Position numbers and translations under genes: made by a program. Shown one piece after another: positions 63,001 to 64,000 of a DNA stretch of 64,000 bases. Under the pieces are notes generated by a model, which did no database searches, was not told the DNA's origin, and was given only the letters and a program-made list of their open reading frames with translations. The stretch is from Bdellovibrionales bacterium (GTDB lineage: Bacteria > Bdellovibrionota > Bdellovibrionia > Bdellovibrionales > JAUICD01), in contig OZ241865.1 of the NCBI GenBank assembly GCA_965203275.1, positions 1,824,001-1,888,000 on the forward strand, read 5' to 3'. Numbering within the stretch: the stretch's first letter is position 1; each line of letters opens with the position of its first letter.

Positions 63001-63081
63001 ATCTTAGTGGCATAAAATCCCTCTCGGCTTATAACCTATTGAAATCTCTCAAATTTATTTTTATAGGCTGTCAAACTCAAG
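63001..63081 (+). mobile_element. IS1634-like end remnant
   Basis: tagtggcataaaatccc...ctgtcaaactcaag resembles the reverse complement of 31617-31694. Confidence 0.65.
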
Positions 63082-63463
63082 ACTTATTAGAAAGATTAGT
63101 TAATAGTTCGAATATCTTATCAAGACGTTGATTAACATGATCAAATTTTTGATTAGTTTGTTTTGCATTGTCATCAATTTTCTGATTAAGTGCCTTTATA
63201 TTGTCATCAATCTTCTGATTAAGTGCCTTAATATTGTCATCAATCTTCTGATTAAGTGCCTTAATATGATTAAGTGCCTTAATATTGTCTTCTATTTCTT
63301 TGATTTGTGAAGATAGATGGTTGTTTAAATATTTCTCTATATCATCTATTTGCTTTTTAAGAGGACCATTTAAAAATCTCATAATTATAATTAAGCTAGC
63401 TAAAATACTTAATAGCCCAATTCCAAAGCCGAATATTACTTCTAAAGTGCTATATGTTTCCAT
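63077..63463 (-). CDS. TM plus coiled-coil repeat protein
   Basis: IKALNQKIDDN x3 (33-bp tandem repeat). Confidence 0.65.
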   Translation of the reverse strand: METYSTLEVIFGFGIGLLSILASLIIIMRFLNGPLKKQIDDIEKYLNNHLSSQIKEIEDNIKALNHIKALNQKIDDNIKALNQKIDDNIKALNQKIDDNAKQTNQKFDHVNQRLDKIFELLTNLSNKS

Positions 63464-63560
63464 ACTTTAATACCTCTACTTGATCAGTATACTATATAAA
63501 GGGATTTTGTCAACAGGTAACGATCAATTGTGACGCACTGTGCGTACAAAAGCTGACTTT

Positions 63561-63638
63561 GTAGTGGCACAAACCCTCCATTGGCTTATAACTTACTTAA
63601 TTTACTCAACTTTATTTTTTCAGGCTATCAAACTCAGG
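63561..63638 (+). mobile_element. IS1634-like end remnant
   Basis: tagtggcacaaa...tttactcaactttattttt...tcaaactcagg. Confidence 0.7.
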
Positions 63639-63742
63639 ACAGGATTTATAATCTAGGCTTGACTTTAGAAAGGTTATGTGATATATTTGCTTTAAATTAA
63701 GTAAATTGTAAAACCTAAACCCTAAACAAAGAAGGAGTCAAA

Positions 63743-64000
63743 ATGAATATTAGGTTTTATCAAATCATGCTTTTAGTTGTATTTTGTTTATCTTTCATAA
63801 GTCCTATAAAATTGCAAGCCTATTGTCAATTTGAAGGATGCAGTGCTTCAAGCAATTTAGATGAAGCACCTCTTACACTTCAAGAAGCTCAACAAATAGA
63901 GTTAGGCTGGCAAAGACTTGTTCAAAAAATAACTAGCAACATTGAAAATATAGAAGAAGTCCCTGGTTTAGTGACTGATATGGAAAATATACTGCGACCA
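63743..64000 (+). CDS. Secreted protein paralog of 61601..62593 (runs off the window)
   Basis: MNIRFYQIMLLVVFCLSFISPIKLQAYCQFEGCSASSNLDEAPLTLQEAQQI. Confidence 0.7.
   Translation, partial: MNIRFYQIMLLVVFCLSFISPIKLQAYCQFEGCSASSNLDEAPLTLQEAQQIELGWQRLVQKITSNIENIEEVPGLVTDMENILRP

Overview
AT-rich bacterial chromosome window. The gene content (rplJ-rplL-rpoB-rpoC-rpsL-rpsG, nuoB-nuoCD, an AgmX/PglI-C protein, a sigma-54 activator, Cys-rich secreted proteins) suggests Bdellovibrionota, possibly host-associated; this is inference. Housekeeping genes are separated by nine clusters of a ~150-bp multi-stem repeat (roughly 25 full or partial copies). Its stems covary, its apical loop is c-GNNA-g, and it has a fixed GTGAAACA end. 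Inverted copies flank a four-helix-bundle (Avd/23S-IVP-like) gene between rpoC and rpsL, and pieces of that gene recur at two or three other repeat clusters. This is the best candidate for an undescribed mobile system. Other highlights: (1) a translationally coupled ATPase-HNH-NspC-like decarboxylase operon followed by DUF3326 and a Dam-like methylase, with an internal stop in the ATPase; (2) an IS1634 element flanked by a ~759-bp duplication; (3) a secreted protein with five tandem wHTH-like repeats; (4) tandem tRNA-Pro 5' halves; (5) a 3.8-kb phage/satellite-like remnant between direct repeats. All calls come from reading the sequence by eye, and repeat boundaries are approximate to a few bases.
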